64,000 nt of DNA from Gemmatimonadota bacterium (GTDB lineage Bacteria > Gemmatimonadota > Gemmatimonadetes > Palauibacterales > Palauibacteraceae), in the NCBI GenBank assembly GCA_039589195.1, contig JBDHHV010000017.1, positions 11,237-75,236 on the forward strand, written 5' to 3'. Positions within the stretch are counted from its first letter, which is position 1. Each line of letters starts with the position of its first letter. Of the stretch, positions 28,115 to 37,180 are shown piece after piece. The translations under genes and the position numbers were made by a program. The notes beneath the pieces are model-generated. The model had not been told where the DNA came from and ran no database searches. It saw only the letters and a list, made by a program, of their open reading frames with translations.

Positions 28115-29376
28115 CCGATAACGGGAGTCCCTCGCCCGAGGGTGACAAGCCCGGTGCGGTGTTCGCCGCTTTGGGGCTCGCACCGGATCTCGTGGAGGCG
28201 GTTGTCAGGGTCGGGTACACGGAGCCCACGGAGATTCAGCGGTTGGCGATTCCGGCTGCCCTGGAAGGACGTGACATCCTCGGCACCGCTCATACGGGAA
28301 CAGGCAAGACGGCGGCCTTCACGCTTCCCATGATTCAGCTGCTCGCGGGCGGCGATCATCTCGATCACCCTCGCGGTCTCGTCGTTACGCCGACGCGGGA
28401 GTTGGCGCAGCAGGTCGGAGCAGCCGTCGCCCGCTACGGGGCGGCCTCCTCCATCGAAGCCGTGATCGTCCACGGAGGCACGTCCGTCCGTGGTGAAGCG
28501 AACGAGCTTCGATTCGGCTGCGACGTCCTGGTGGCGACCCCGGGCCGGCTGCTGGATCACCTGAACCGGGGCGCCGCGGACCTCTCCGGTGTCGAAGTGC
28601 TCGTGCTGGACGAAGCGGACCGCATGCTCGACATGGGTTTCATCGATGACGTCAAGGAGATCGTCGCCGCGACACCCAAGTCCCGGCAGACGTTCCTGTT
28701 CTCCGCCACCATGCCGAACGGCGTCATGTGGCTGGCGCAGGAGATGATGCGCGATCCCATGCGGGTCAACGTCGGCCTGGAGGCCGCGGCCGAGGGCATC
28801 CAACAGGTCGTGCACCCGGTGGACTGGGCGCGAAAGCATCAGTTGCTGCTTCATGTCCTCGAGGAGATGACATCCGGCCAGGTACTCGTGTTCACGCGTA
28901 CGCGCGACACGGCCAATTATCTGAGCGAGTTCCTGGGCGCCCGCGAGGTCTCGGTGGATGACATGCACGGCGGAAAATCGCAGGGCGAACGGGACTCGAG
29001 CCTTACCCGTTTCAGGGAGGGCCGGACCCGGATTCTGGTCGCGACAAACGTCGCGGCTCGCGGCCTGGACATACGTGGGATCAAGCATGTCATCAACTTC
29101 GACGTGCCCGAGGATCCCCGGGATTACGTGCACCGGGTAGGCCGAACGGCACGCGGCGATGAGACCGGGGATGCGATCACCCTCGTTTCGCCCGGTGATT
29201 GGCTCCTGGTGCGACAGATCGAAGCCCTCACCGGCGAGCAGATCGAGCGAGTCGAGGTCGAAGGTTTCGAACCCAGCGTCCCCCCACCCGATTCGCGCGG
29301 AGACACCGAGGACGCTTACCCGGCAGGCCCGGACAGGCCCCGGTCGGCCCTCAGCCGAGGCATTCGGAAGAGATAG
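28111..29376 (+). CDS. DEAD-box RNA helicase
   Basis: Q motif PTEIQ, GTGKT, PTRELAQQ, TPGRL, DEAD, FSAT, ARGLD, HRVGRTAR. Confidence 0.95.
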   Translation: MTDNGSPSPEGDKPGAVFAALGLAPDLVEAVVRVGYTEPTEIQRLAIPAALEGRDILGTAHTGTGKTAAFTLPMIQLLAGGDHLDHPRGLVVTPTRELAQQVGAAVARYGAASSIEAVIVHGGTSVRGEANELRFGCDVLVATPGRLLDHLNRGAADLSGVEVLVLDEADRMLDMGFIDDVKEIVAATPKSRQTFLFSATMPNGVMWLAQEMMRDPMRVNVGLEAAAEGIQQVVHPVDWARKHQLLLHVLEEMTSGQVLVFTRTRDTANYLSEFLGAREVSVDDMHGGKSQGERDSSLTRFREGRTRILVATNVAARGLDIRGIKHVINFDVPEDPRDYVHRVGRTARGDETGDAITLVSPGDWLLVRQIEALTGEQIERVEVEGFEPSVPPPDSRGDTEDAYPAGPDRPRSALSRGIRKR

Positions 29377-29469
29377 CAGCCCTTCCCACCTGTTCGACAA
29401 GCGCACATCGAGAACGACCACGGCGCCGACTCGAAGGAGTCCCGTCACACCCGAGAGTTCTCTGTGGGC

Positions 29470-29499
29470 TTGACATGCAACCGTACGGTTGCATATTAT
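29470..29499 (+). promoter_or_regulatory. Sigma70 promoter with a perfect 20-bp operator palindrome; probably a leaderless transcript
   Basis: TTGACA 29470-29475, 18-nt spacer, TATTAT 29494-29499. ATGCAACCGT|ACGGTTGCAT spans 29475-29494. ATG at 29506 with no RBS. Confidence 0.85.
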
Positions 29500-29505
29500 C
29501 CCGTC

Positions 29506-29814
29506 ATGACGACGCTCTTCGATGCGGTGGCGGATCCGACCAGACGGCGAATCCTCGAGCGACTGCGGACCTCCGGTCCTTTGTCCTTGAGCGAGATCGC
29601 CGAGGATTTCCCGATCACGCGTCAGGCCATCACGAAGCACCTCGACGCCCTCGCGGCGTGCGGGTTGGTGCGAACGACCCATGTCGGCCGAGAGCGCATC
29701 CACGAGTTGGATCCGCAGCCTCTTCGCGAGATGGAGGAGTGGCTCGCGCCGTACGCCGCCGAATGGGATCGGCGTCTGGACCGGCTGCACAGGCACCTGG
29801 AGGGAGATCGATGA
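29506..29814 (+). CDS. ArsR-family HTH regulator (SRPBCC-associated type, no canonical metal-binding CxC)
   Basis: FDAVADPTRRRILERL, ITRQAITKHLDAL, GRERIHEL, EWDRRLDRL. Overlaps the next gene (ATGA). Confidence 0.9.
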   Translation: MTTLFDAVADPTRRRILERLRTSGPLSLSEIAEDFPITRQAITKHLDALAACGLVRTTHVGRERIHELDPQPLREMEEWLAPYAAEWDRRLDRLHRHLEGDR

Positions 29815-30224
29815 CCGGTACCGTCGAGAAGACACTGAAGTTTGCCGCTTCGCCCGAGCGTGTGTGGCGAGCGATCACCGACCCGGATGAGCTGTCCCGC
29901 TGGTTTCCCGATCGCGTGGACGGTGGAGAGCTTCAGCCAGGCATGGAAGGGGGCTGGTTCTGGGAGAAGCACGGTCGGTACGCGTTCCGGGTCGAGATCA
30001 TGGAGCCCCCCAGGAGGCTCGTATGGCGATGGGCGCGCGACGCCGATACCGCCCTCGAGGACGGGGTGACGACGACGGTCGAATGGGTCCTCGAGCCCGC
30101 GCCCGACGGTGGCACGGTGCTCAGGCTGTGCGAGAGCGGGTTCGCCCTGAAGAAGGATCGCGATGTGAACGACGGGGGGTGGGACGCCGAGCTGAAAGAG
30201 CTGGTTGCCCTTCTCGGCAGCTGA
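29811..30224 (+). CDS. SRPBCC / AHSA1-like START-fold ligand-binding protein
   Basis: ASPERVWRAITDPDELSRWF, EPPRRLVWRW, TTVEWVL, GTVLRLCESGF, GW...L. Confidence 0.9.
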   Translation: MTGTVEKTLKFAASPERVWRAITDPDELSRWFPDRVDGGELQPGMEGGWFWEKHGRYAFRVEIMEPPRRLVWRWARDADTALEDGVTTTVEWVLEPAPDGGTVLRLCESGFALKKDRDVNDGGWDAELKELVALLGS

Positions 30225-30253
30225 AGGCTCCCAGGAGGATCTCGGACTCGGCC

Positions 30254-30297
30254 AAAAAAGAAAGCGGGACCGCCCTCGATCGAGGGCGGTCCCGCTT
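30254..30297 (-). terminator. Rho-independent terminator of the cold-shock gene
   Basis: Perfect inverted repeat aagcgggaccgccctcg-at-cgagggcggtcccgctt (30262-30297), followed on the minus strand by TCTTTTTT. Confidence 0.85.
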
Positions 30298-30333
30298 GAG
30301 CGTCTATGTCAGACCGCTAGGGTCTTGGACGCC

Positions 30334-30540
30334 TCAGACCTTCCGGACGTTCTCGGCCGCAGGACCCTTCTGGCCCTGGACGACCTCGAGCTCCACACGG
30401 TCACCCTCGTTAAGGGTCTTGAAGCCCTCAGCCTGGATCGCCGAATGGTGGACGAAGACCTCGCCCTGGCCGTCATCGAGAGCGATGAAGCCATAACCCT
30501 TGGCGTCGCTAAACCACTTCACGGTTCCGTTGCTCGGCAT
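30334..30540 (-). CDS. Cold-shock protein (CspA family, 68 aa)
   Basis: [15 protein letters not shown] (RNP1), VFVHHSAI (RNP2), [26 protein letters not shown] upstream. Confidence 0.96.
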   Translation of the reverse strand: MPSNGTVKWFSDAKGYGFIALDDGQGEVFVHHSAIQAEGFKTLNEGDRVELEVVQGQKGPAAENVRKV

Positions 30541-31018
30541 TGCCGTACTCCTACGTTCTTGGTGGTGTCGCCGGGAGTACGGACCTGCCGTCACTACCGA
30601 CTACAAACAGTCGCGGACCATTTGCCCCCGCGTTGGGCTTGCTGACCACCCCCATCCATGTGGACGGTGGGGCCGACGCTCGAGAGCCAAAAAAAAACGG
30701 GCCTGGTTTGCTCCCCAGATCCCGCCTTTCGTACGCTCCTGGACGCTGAGCGAAAAGATACTGTCAATCGGCGATCACGTCAATCCCGTGGCGAGCCGAC
30801 ATCCTGATAAGCCCAGTACCGGAGTGGGTTTCCTCTTCGGGTCACGGCACCCACCGCCAAGCCTCGCCGTCTACGGTGGAGCGTCGGGCCGAGCGATCAC
30901 CCCTTGCCTGCGTCGCGCGCGGATTTCCACCTTCCGAGTGTCGCCCCCCGTCGGCGCGATGTGGCCCCCATCGCGCATCGAGCCGTTCTTTCGCGTCGAG
31001 CCGAAGATGAGAAGATCG

Positions 31019-33697
31019 ATGAAGAGCCTGCCGGTCGTTTTCCACACCGTGTCGCTCCTGATCACGCTGGTGTCGGTCCCGGGCGGTTTGAAGGCCCAAT
31101 CCCGACCTGACGTCCCCTCACCCTCCGAGTTCCACGGCTACGATCTCGGAAGCCGATATACGATCACGGCGGCCCTGTACGATTACTACCGGGTCCTGGC
31201 TCAGGGCAGCCCGCACATCGAGTACCTGGAGTATGGTCGGAGCATCCAGGGCCGCCCGCTGCCCATTCTGACCGTGTCGAGCGAGGCCAATCTGGCCGAT
31301 CGGGTAACGATTCTCGACGGGATACGTCGACTGACGCACGTAACGGCGGCTCTGCCCGAGTCAGAGCTCACCAGACTCGTGACCCGGACACCCGCAGTGG
31401 TCTGGATCTTCATCGTCGACACCGATGAAGAGGCCGGAGTCGAGGTGTTGCAGGAGGTGGCCTACGACCTGGCGACTCGAACGGATCCCGAAGCGCAGGC
31501 GATTCGCGACAACCTGCTCGTCGTTTTCGCCCCGCTTACGAATCCGGACTCTCATGCCCGCTACGTCACCTGGCACAAGCTCTACAACGTGGAGGGAGCC
31601 TCGACCGACCCCAACGCGGTGGAAAACTCGGCTCACTGGGGCATGAATACGGATGGGAACGCGTTCGGAATCGACGTGAACCGCGATTTCGGATGGTTCG
31701 TCACACCCGAGATGCGGGCGTTCGCCCAAGCGGTCACGGACTCGCGTCCGCAGCTCATGCTGGACGTGCACAGTGGACCGGACGTCATCTTCCTACCGCC
31801 GTTCCCCCGCCCGTATCATCCGCTGTGGCCCGCGCAGGCAGAGAGCTGGTGGGAGCGGGTGGCGGAGCGGGCGAGCGAGAATTTCGGCCGGCGCGGCTGG
31901 ACGTTCAACAGCCGCCAGGGCTATGAGGGAGTGACGAGCGTCGGGTTCGGGCTCTCGTGGGGGATGCTCGGTGGGTCGGTCGCCAGCTTCCTGTACGAAA
32001 CGTTTGGGGGCCGACCCGGCAAGACGCTGGCCTTCCATCGGAGTGATGGGACGATCGCCACCATGCGCATGGCCATGGATCGCCATGCGGAGGGCATCTG
32101 GTCGTTGCTGCAGGTGGCGTCCGACAACCGCGAGACCCTGCTGCGAGACGCGCACCGCGTCGTGGTGGAAGGTGTGGAGGCAGCCCGAGCGGGGACGGTG
32201 CGAGCGATAGCCCTCCCGGCCGCAGGGGGCGACCCCCACAAAGTGAGTCGGCTGGTGGACCGCCTCGGACTGCAGGGCGTGGCGGTGCGTCAGGCGACCG
32301 ACCGCTTCACGGCCGTTGCGGCGTCATTTTTCGCGCTCGATCACCGGGCTCCCCGCCAGTTCGATGCCGGGACGTACGTGGTCGATCTCACCCAACCGAG
32401 GGCTCGTCTCGCGCGTGCGCTCCTGGATCCGACAATCGACTATGGCGACCCCCAGGTCGAACTCCCGTTCGGCCGTCGAATGCCGTACTACGACGTCACC
32501 TGGGGAGCCCTCCCCTACTTGTTCGGAGTGGAGGCGTACGCGCTTCGGGAGCTGCCTGCCGGTCTGACCGTCACGATGGGCAGCCGGGCCACGCCGGCCG
32601 GTGGCCTGCGGAGCCTGGCCCGGGCCGAGTCTCCGTACGCCTGGATACTCCCGGCCGGGCTCGAGTCATCCTACAGGATCGCGATCCGGCTGATGCGTGA
32701 GGGATTCCGATTGCGCGTCTTCCACGCTCCGTTCGAGGTGGGCGGCGAGACCTTCGCGAAGGGCACGTTCGCCGCGATCCGCCAGAGGAACCCGGAGGGG
32801 CTCGCAGATCGGCTGTCCGAGTTGGTCGAGACGCTCGGGGGCACGGCGATCGAGGTCGCCGGTCCGTTCACGGACGCCGGCGTGGCGTTCGGCGACGAAA
32901 GCCGTCTCGTCGCGATCCGCCAACCACTCGTGGCCGTCGTCGCGGATTGGCCCGTGTCCCAAGACCACATCTTCGGAGGCATCCGAAGCGTTCTCGAGGG
33001 GGACTTCGGACTCGCCTTCAGCCCCGTGATGCTCGAGACGATCAACCAGGCGGATCTCTCCAAGTACACGGCAGTCGTATTGCCGCACGCGGGGATGGCC
33101 ATCCGCGGCGGCCCCGGGTTCAGCGCCGGGTATGCCGGACGGCTCGATTTGGAGAACCTGCGCCGCTACGTACGGGCGGGGGGCACGCTGATCGCCGTCA
33201 AGGGCGCCGCGGCGGAGGTCTCGCGAGACTCGCTGCTGGGTGCGGGCGTGATGTTCGACGGGTGGGCTTCCGAGGCCAACGGGGCCGCGCTACGCGCCCG
33301 TTGGGAGACGGCGGGGCTCGACGACTTGGCGCTGGAAACGTCGTCAACTGTCGCCTGGCGGCCCGAGCTGCGACCGGTTGGCGCACCCCTCGTCGGTGTG
33401 GGGGTGCGAACGGATGAGTTCGCGGCACCGGGCGCGTATCCGGTGCTCCTGGACGCCGAGGCGGTCTCCGGGGTCGAGGTCCTGGCCCGCTACGGAGCCG
33501 ACCCGAACGCCCTCGTCCTGGATGGCTTCGTCACGGATGCGGATCGTGAGAGGATCGCGGGGCGCCCTTTCCTCATCATTCGGCGCGTCGGCCAAGGCAG
33601 GGTCGTGTACCTGGCAGACGATCCGACGTACCGGGGCCAGTGGTACGGGCTCAACCTCCTGTTTCTCAACCTGCTGCTGTTCAGCCCGACGGCGTGA
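31019..33697 (+). CDS. Secreted M14-family zinc carboxypeptidase-like protein with C-terminal class I glutamine-amidotransferase-like domain
   Basis: Signal peptide, PSPSEFHGY, YGRSIQGRPL, TNPDSHAR, DVNRD, LDVHSG, FLYET. C-terminal YVRAGGTLIAV, GQGRVVYLADDPTYRG. The first zinc motif reads VDTDE instead of VHGxE. Confidence 0.85.
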   Translation: MKSLPVVFHTVSLLITLVSVPGGLKAQSRPDVPSPSEFHGYDLGSRYTITAALYDYYRVLAQGSPHIEYLEYGRSIQGRPLPILTVSSEANLADRVTILDGIRRLTHVTAALPESELTRLVTRTPAVVWIFIVDTDEEAGVEVLQEVAYDLATRTDPEAQAIRDNLLVVFAPLTNPDSHARYVTWHKLYNVEGASTDPNAVENSAHWGMNTDGNAFGIDVNRDFGWFVTPEMRAFAQAVTDSRPQLMLDVHSGPDVIFLPPFPRPYHPLWPAQAESWWERVAERASENFGRRGWTFNSRQGYEGVTSVGFGLSWGMLGGSVASFLYETFGGRPGKTLAFHRSDGTIATMRMAMDRHAEGIWSLLQVASDNRETLLRDAHRVVVEGVEAARAGTVRAIALPAAGGDPHKVSRLVDRLGLQGVAVRQATDRFTAVAASFFALDHRAPRQFDAGTYVVDLTQPRARLARALLDPTIDYGDPQVELPFGRRMPYYDVTWGALPYLFGVEAYALRELPAGLTVTMGSRATPAGGLRSLARAESPYAWILPAGLESSYRIAIRLMREGFRLRVFHAPFEVGGETFAKGTFAAIRQRNPEGLADRLSELVETLGGTAIEVAGPFTDAGVAFGDESRLVAIRQPLVAVVADWPVSQDHIFGGIRSVLEGDFGLAFSPVMLETINQADLSKYTAVVLPHAGMAIRGGPGFSAGYAGRLDLENLRRYVRAGGTLIAVKGAAAEVSRDSLLGAGVMFDGWASEANGAALRARWETAGLDDLALETSSTVAWRPELRPVGAPLVGVGVRTDEFAAPGAYPVLLDAEAVSGVEVLARYGADPNALVLDGFVTDADRERIAGRPFLIIRRVGQGRVVYLADDPTYRGQWYGLNLLFLNLLLFSPTA

Positions 33698-33778
33698 CCG
33701 CATCTACCGCTCGGGGCGGCGCCACTCCCGGCTCTTCCAGCACGACATCGTCGGTCTCCAGCGCGAGCGCATCGGCGA

Positions 33779-34345
33779 TCAGCCTCCTTCCGGCATGGGG
33801 GGCTCGAGGTGCCCGAGCTGGACGAGCATGCTCAGGTTGTCCCACACCACGTGGATCTCCGTGATCATGCCACCCTCCAGCCGGAGGATGCCGGCGAAAT
33901 CGAGGTCCACTCGCTGTCCGGTCGCCGGAAAGGGACCGATCGGGCCATCCTGCGTACCCGAATAGTTCGCCCAGACCCCCACCAGGTCTCCCTCGGCTAC
34001 GAGGAAGCGAATGTCCTGCATCGCATCGGGCACCCCCGTGAAGTCCTGCCGGAGCATGTCCTTGAACTGATCCAGGCTCCGCACCTCGAGGCCCGGCGTG
34101 GACGGGCTGTGGCGGACGACATCGGGCGACACGAGCTCGTCCAGGTCGTCGAACCGCCGTTCGTTCATCGCCGCCACGAAACGGCGTACGACCTCCTTGT
34201 TCGCCGCCTCCTGGTCGGCTGCTGCATTCGCGGAGGCGCTTGCGGCCGCCTGCGACGTGTCCTGAGCCGGCGTGCACCCGACTCCCAGCCCCGCGATCAG
34301 GCCGAGTCGAAGGACGAAGGCCGGGAACTGCCGACGAATGCTCAT
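33779..34345 (-). CDS. SnoaL-like ester cyclase / NTF2-fold lipoprotein
   Basis: Lipobox-like GVGC, ANKEVVRRF, LVAEGDLV, GTQDGPIGPFPATGQRV, GMITEIHVVWD. Confidence 0.88.
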   Translation of the reverse strand: MSIRRQFPAFVLRLGLIAGLGVGCTPAQDTSQAAASASANAAADQEAANKEVVRRFVAAMNERRFDDLDELVSPDVVRHSPSTPGLEVRSLDQFKDMLRQDFTGVPDAMQDIRFLVAEGDLVGVWANYSGTQDGPIGPFPATGQRVDLDFAGILRLEGGMITEIHVVWDNLSMLVQLGHLEPPMPEGG

Positions 34346-34402
34346 AGTGCGACTCCTCTCGGATTCACGCGGCGTGACACCTCATGCGTACCCGCAGCAC
34401 AC

Positions 34403-36631
34403 CTAATAACGGAAGGCGTAGGAGAGCTTGATCAGCAACTGATTGGAGGAGAGCTCCCAGCGATCCGTCAGGTTCTCGACGTTGTGATTGTACACCACGA
34501 ATAGGTCGCCGAGGGGACTGAACGTCCACCGGAGCCGGGTGTTGGCTCCCAGCTCGCGAGTGTCGTCATCGTATTGGACGAAGCCGCTGAACTCCAGGTC
34601 GGGCGAGAGGTTCAGCCTCAGGCGGCCCCCATACAGCTCCTGCGTGAAATCTCCCCCGGGCAGCGAGCCCGTGTTCCGGGTCATGTTCAGCTCGATCGTC
34701 GCGAGCGGAGTCGGGTTGATGTTCATCCGCAGCTCGAGCTGATCCAGACTGCCATCGTAGAACGGCCCGAACCACCAGGTGACCCGTCCGCTCACCTTCC
34801 GCTTGGATGCGATGTCCGCCTCCATCCGATAGCGGATGAAGTGGTACGAGCCGGGCGGGATGACCACTCCGTCAGCGATCTCGAACGGCTCGACCAGCCG
34901 CTCGCCCTCGGGGTTGAAGTTGAATTCGAACCGTTCGCCGCTCTCGAAGGTCCAGTTGATGGGGGCCGTGAAGATCCGATAGCTCTCCCAGTTCCCGTCC
35001 AGATCGAGGGTGAGGCTGGGGAAGAGCTCGTTCCGGATGAGCCGAAGCCACGACCAGCCGGGTCGCACGCTCCAGGTTGCGCGGGGGTTGATGTTCTGGA
35101 TCCCACGACGCGGCACGAAGCCCAGCGAGGGATCGAAACCATCCCCGATGCGCTGATAGGTGAGCGCGACGTCCCAGGTATCGTTCGGGTAGTCGATCTT
35201 GGCGCCAAAGGCGGTCCGGTCACCCTCGAGTCCTTCTCGATCGGTGAGCAACCCCCACACTCCGACCAGAAGGTTCTTGTCACCGGCGAAGCGAGAGGTT
35301 TGGAACGTGAAGTCGGTGCCGACCAGATAGCTGCCCGGCGCCCCGGCGGGATCGCCGAACGTCGCCATCACGCCCGCGGTCGACTCCTGCAGCACGTTCT
35401 GCTGGATTCGTACCGCTCCCAGGGTGGTCGCGTCCCACAGGGTATCCACCGACCCGGTGTTCGTGACGAGGGCGCCGAAGTTCGTGTTGCCGCTACGCCC
35501 ACTCAGCTTGCCGCCCACGCGGAGCGGCACTTCCTCGCCTTCGAGCAGCCCGATCCTTCGCGTGAAGAACGGAACGATGTTGGGACGGAACCCGGCTGTG
35601 AGACCGATCCCGAAGTCGAAGATGTCGGCGCCCTCGAGGAAGAACGTTCGCTTTTCCGGGAAGAACTGGCTGAAGCGGGTGAGGTTGGTTTGGCGCGTGT
35701 CCACCTCGGTTTCGGCGAAGTCCGTGTTCACGGTCCCGATCGCCGTCACGTTCGGTCCTATCCGCTGCGCGAAGTCCAGGCTCGGATCCCACGTGCCGTC
35801 GGTATCGGAATCGGCATCCGGCTTCTCGAAACCGCCCACGAAGGAGGGTCGCACCGTCAGACCGATTCCGGTGCTGAAGACGGGCAGCTCGGTGATCCGC
35901 CCCGCACGGCTGGTCTGAGTGACCTTCGCGTCGCGGATCGGGCTCGCCCAGCGGCTGACCTCCTGCAACCGATCCGTGCGGCGCTCGACATTGAAACCCC
36001 ACTCTCGCAGCCCGCGCCGGAAGGTCAGGCTCTGCATCGGAATACGAATCTCCGCAGACCAGCCCTGTTCGGTCCTTGCCGTCTTCGCCTTCCACACGGC
36101 GTCCCAGAGCTCGTCCTCTCCCTCACCACGGTTCGCGACCAGGGCATCGTAGCGCGCGCCACGAGGGTTCACGGCGAACACGTATCCGGATCGCCCATCG
36201 AGGAAAGGATCGAGCACGATCTTCACGTGATCTTCGCTGCGGAGCTCGGGGTCGCGGACGAGCGAGTAGCTGACGACTCCGCTCGGATCCGGGTCGAAGG
36301 CCTCCACGCCGATGATCAGGGCGGTCGGGTCGGCGAGCAGTCGCACGCGAGTGCGCCCGACGAGGTCACCACCTTCGACGGGCTCGGTCATGGTCAAACC
36401 GTCGATCAGCTCCGCCGCGAGCCACGCCGAGTCATCGAGGATGCCGTCCAGCCTCAGCGAGGCGTCCGCGGCACCGACGCGAACGGATGGAGTCCCGGTG
36501 TCCTGGGCGCTCAGGCACAGGGGAGAGGACAGCGCCGAGAGCCCGCTCAGGGCTATGAGGACCCAGCGTGATCGCGGCGTGGAGCCGGCGGTTCCCCGTG
36601 AGTGAACCGTAGTCCCGTGCGTGTGAGGCAT
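34403..36631 (-). CDS. DUF5916-type outer-membrane beta-barrel with CBM9/DOMON-like domain (copy 2)
   Basis: LRLDGILDDSAW, WSAEIRIPMQSL, VNTDFAETEVD, FPEKRTFFLEG, terminal YAFRY. Start uncertain (ATG 36631 chosen). Confidence 0.82.
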   Translation of the reverse strand: MPHTHGTTVHSRGTAGSTPRSRWVLIALSGLSALSSPLCLSAQDTGTPSVRVGAADASLRLDGILDDSAWLAAELIDGLTMTEPVEGGDLVGRTRVRLLADPTALIIGVEAFDPDPSGVVSYSLVRDPELRSEDHVKIVLDPFLDGRSGYVFAVNPRGARYDALVANRGEGEDELWDAVWKAKTARTEQGWSAEIRIPMQSLTFRRGLREWGFNVERRTDRLQEVSRWASPIRDAKVTQTSRAGRITELPVFSTGIGLTVRPSFVGGFEKPDADSDTDGTWDPSLDFAQRIGPNVTAIGTVNTDFAETEVDTRQTNLTRFSQFFPEKRTFFLEGADIFDFGIGLTAGFRPNIVPFFTRRIGLLEGEEVPLRVGGKLSGRSGNTNFGALVTNTGSVDTLWDATTLGAVRIQQNVLQESTAGVMATFGDPAGAPGSYLVGTDFTFQTSRFAGDKNLLVGVWGLLTDREGLEGDRTAFGAKIDYPNDTWDVALTYQRIGDGFDPSLGFVPRRGIQNINPRATWSVRPGWSWLRLIRNELFPSLTLDLDGNWESYRIFTAPINWTFESGERFEFNFNPEGERLVEPFEIADGVVIPPGSYHFIRYRMEADIASKRKVSGRVTWWFGPFYDGSLDQLELRMNINPTPLATIELNMTRNTGSLPGGDFTQELYGGRLRLNLSPDLEFSGFVQYDDDTRELGANTRLRWTFSPLGDLFVVYNHNVENLTDRWELSSNQLLIKLSYAFRY

Positions 36632-36736
36632 ACCTCGAGAGGATGCTGTGGCGTGAGTCGGCTCGTCAAACGCCACGCGTGTGGCCATAGTGAGGTGGGC
36701 GGGTGCCGCACCGCAGACAGGAAGACCGGAGGTCAG

Positions 36737-37063
36737 GTGACCGATTCCGCCGAGTGGCAGGTCCTGGACAATCGGGAGAGTGGCCGGTTCGAGATCACGA
36801 TCCACGGCGAGACGGCCTACCTCGAGTACACGCGCGGGCCGCACCAGCTAGCCCTGATCCATACCGAGGTCCCGTCATCTCTCTCGGGCCGCGGGCTGGC
36901 GAGTCGACTGAACCGGTACGCGCTGGACCACGCACGGACCGAGGGCCTCCAGGTCACCGTCGCGTGTCCGTTCGCCCTCGGGTTCGTGGACCGACACCCG
37001 GAGTACGCCGACTTGTTGAGCCGGCCGACCGGGCCCGCCGTCTCCGAGCCCCCCTGGATGTGA
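36737..37063 (+). CDS. Small GNAT-like protein (YjdJ / Acetyltransf_CG type)
   Basis: GGAGG RBS then GTG 36737. DNRESGRFEI, HTEVPSSLSGRGLAS, ACPF, HPEY. Confidence 0.88.
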   Translation: MTDSAEWQVLDNRESGRFEITIHGETAYLEYTRGPHQLALIHTEVPSSLSGRGLASRLNRYALDHARTEGLQVTVACPFALGFVDRHPEYADLLSRPTGPAVSEPPWM

Positions 37064-37180
37064 GGCACGCGTCCGAAACCTGCCGGCGCGCGACTCCGTT
37101 CGAACCTAAGCGGGGCATGCAAGCGTCCCAGTCGGGATAGGCATCGCCACCGCGTCCTCGAACGCCAGGAGTCGACCCGC

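Noticed and set aside
28111-30540. DEAD helicase + Csp as a dedicated cold-shock island
   Set aside because: Opposite strands, separated by an independent operon; both genes are ubiquitous, so proximity is weak evidence.
30762-30767. TTGACA on the minus strand as the csp promoter -35
   Set aside because: No acceptable -10 hexamer 16-19 nt downstream.
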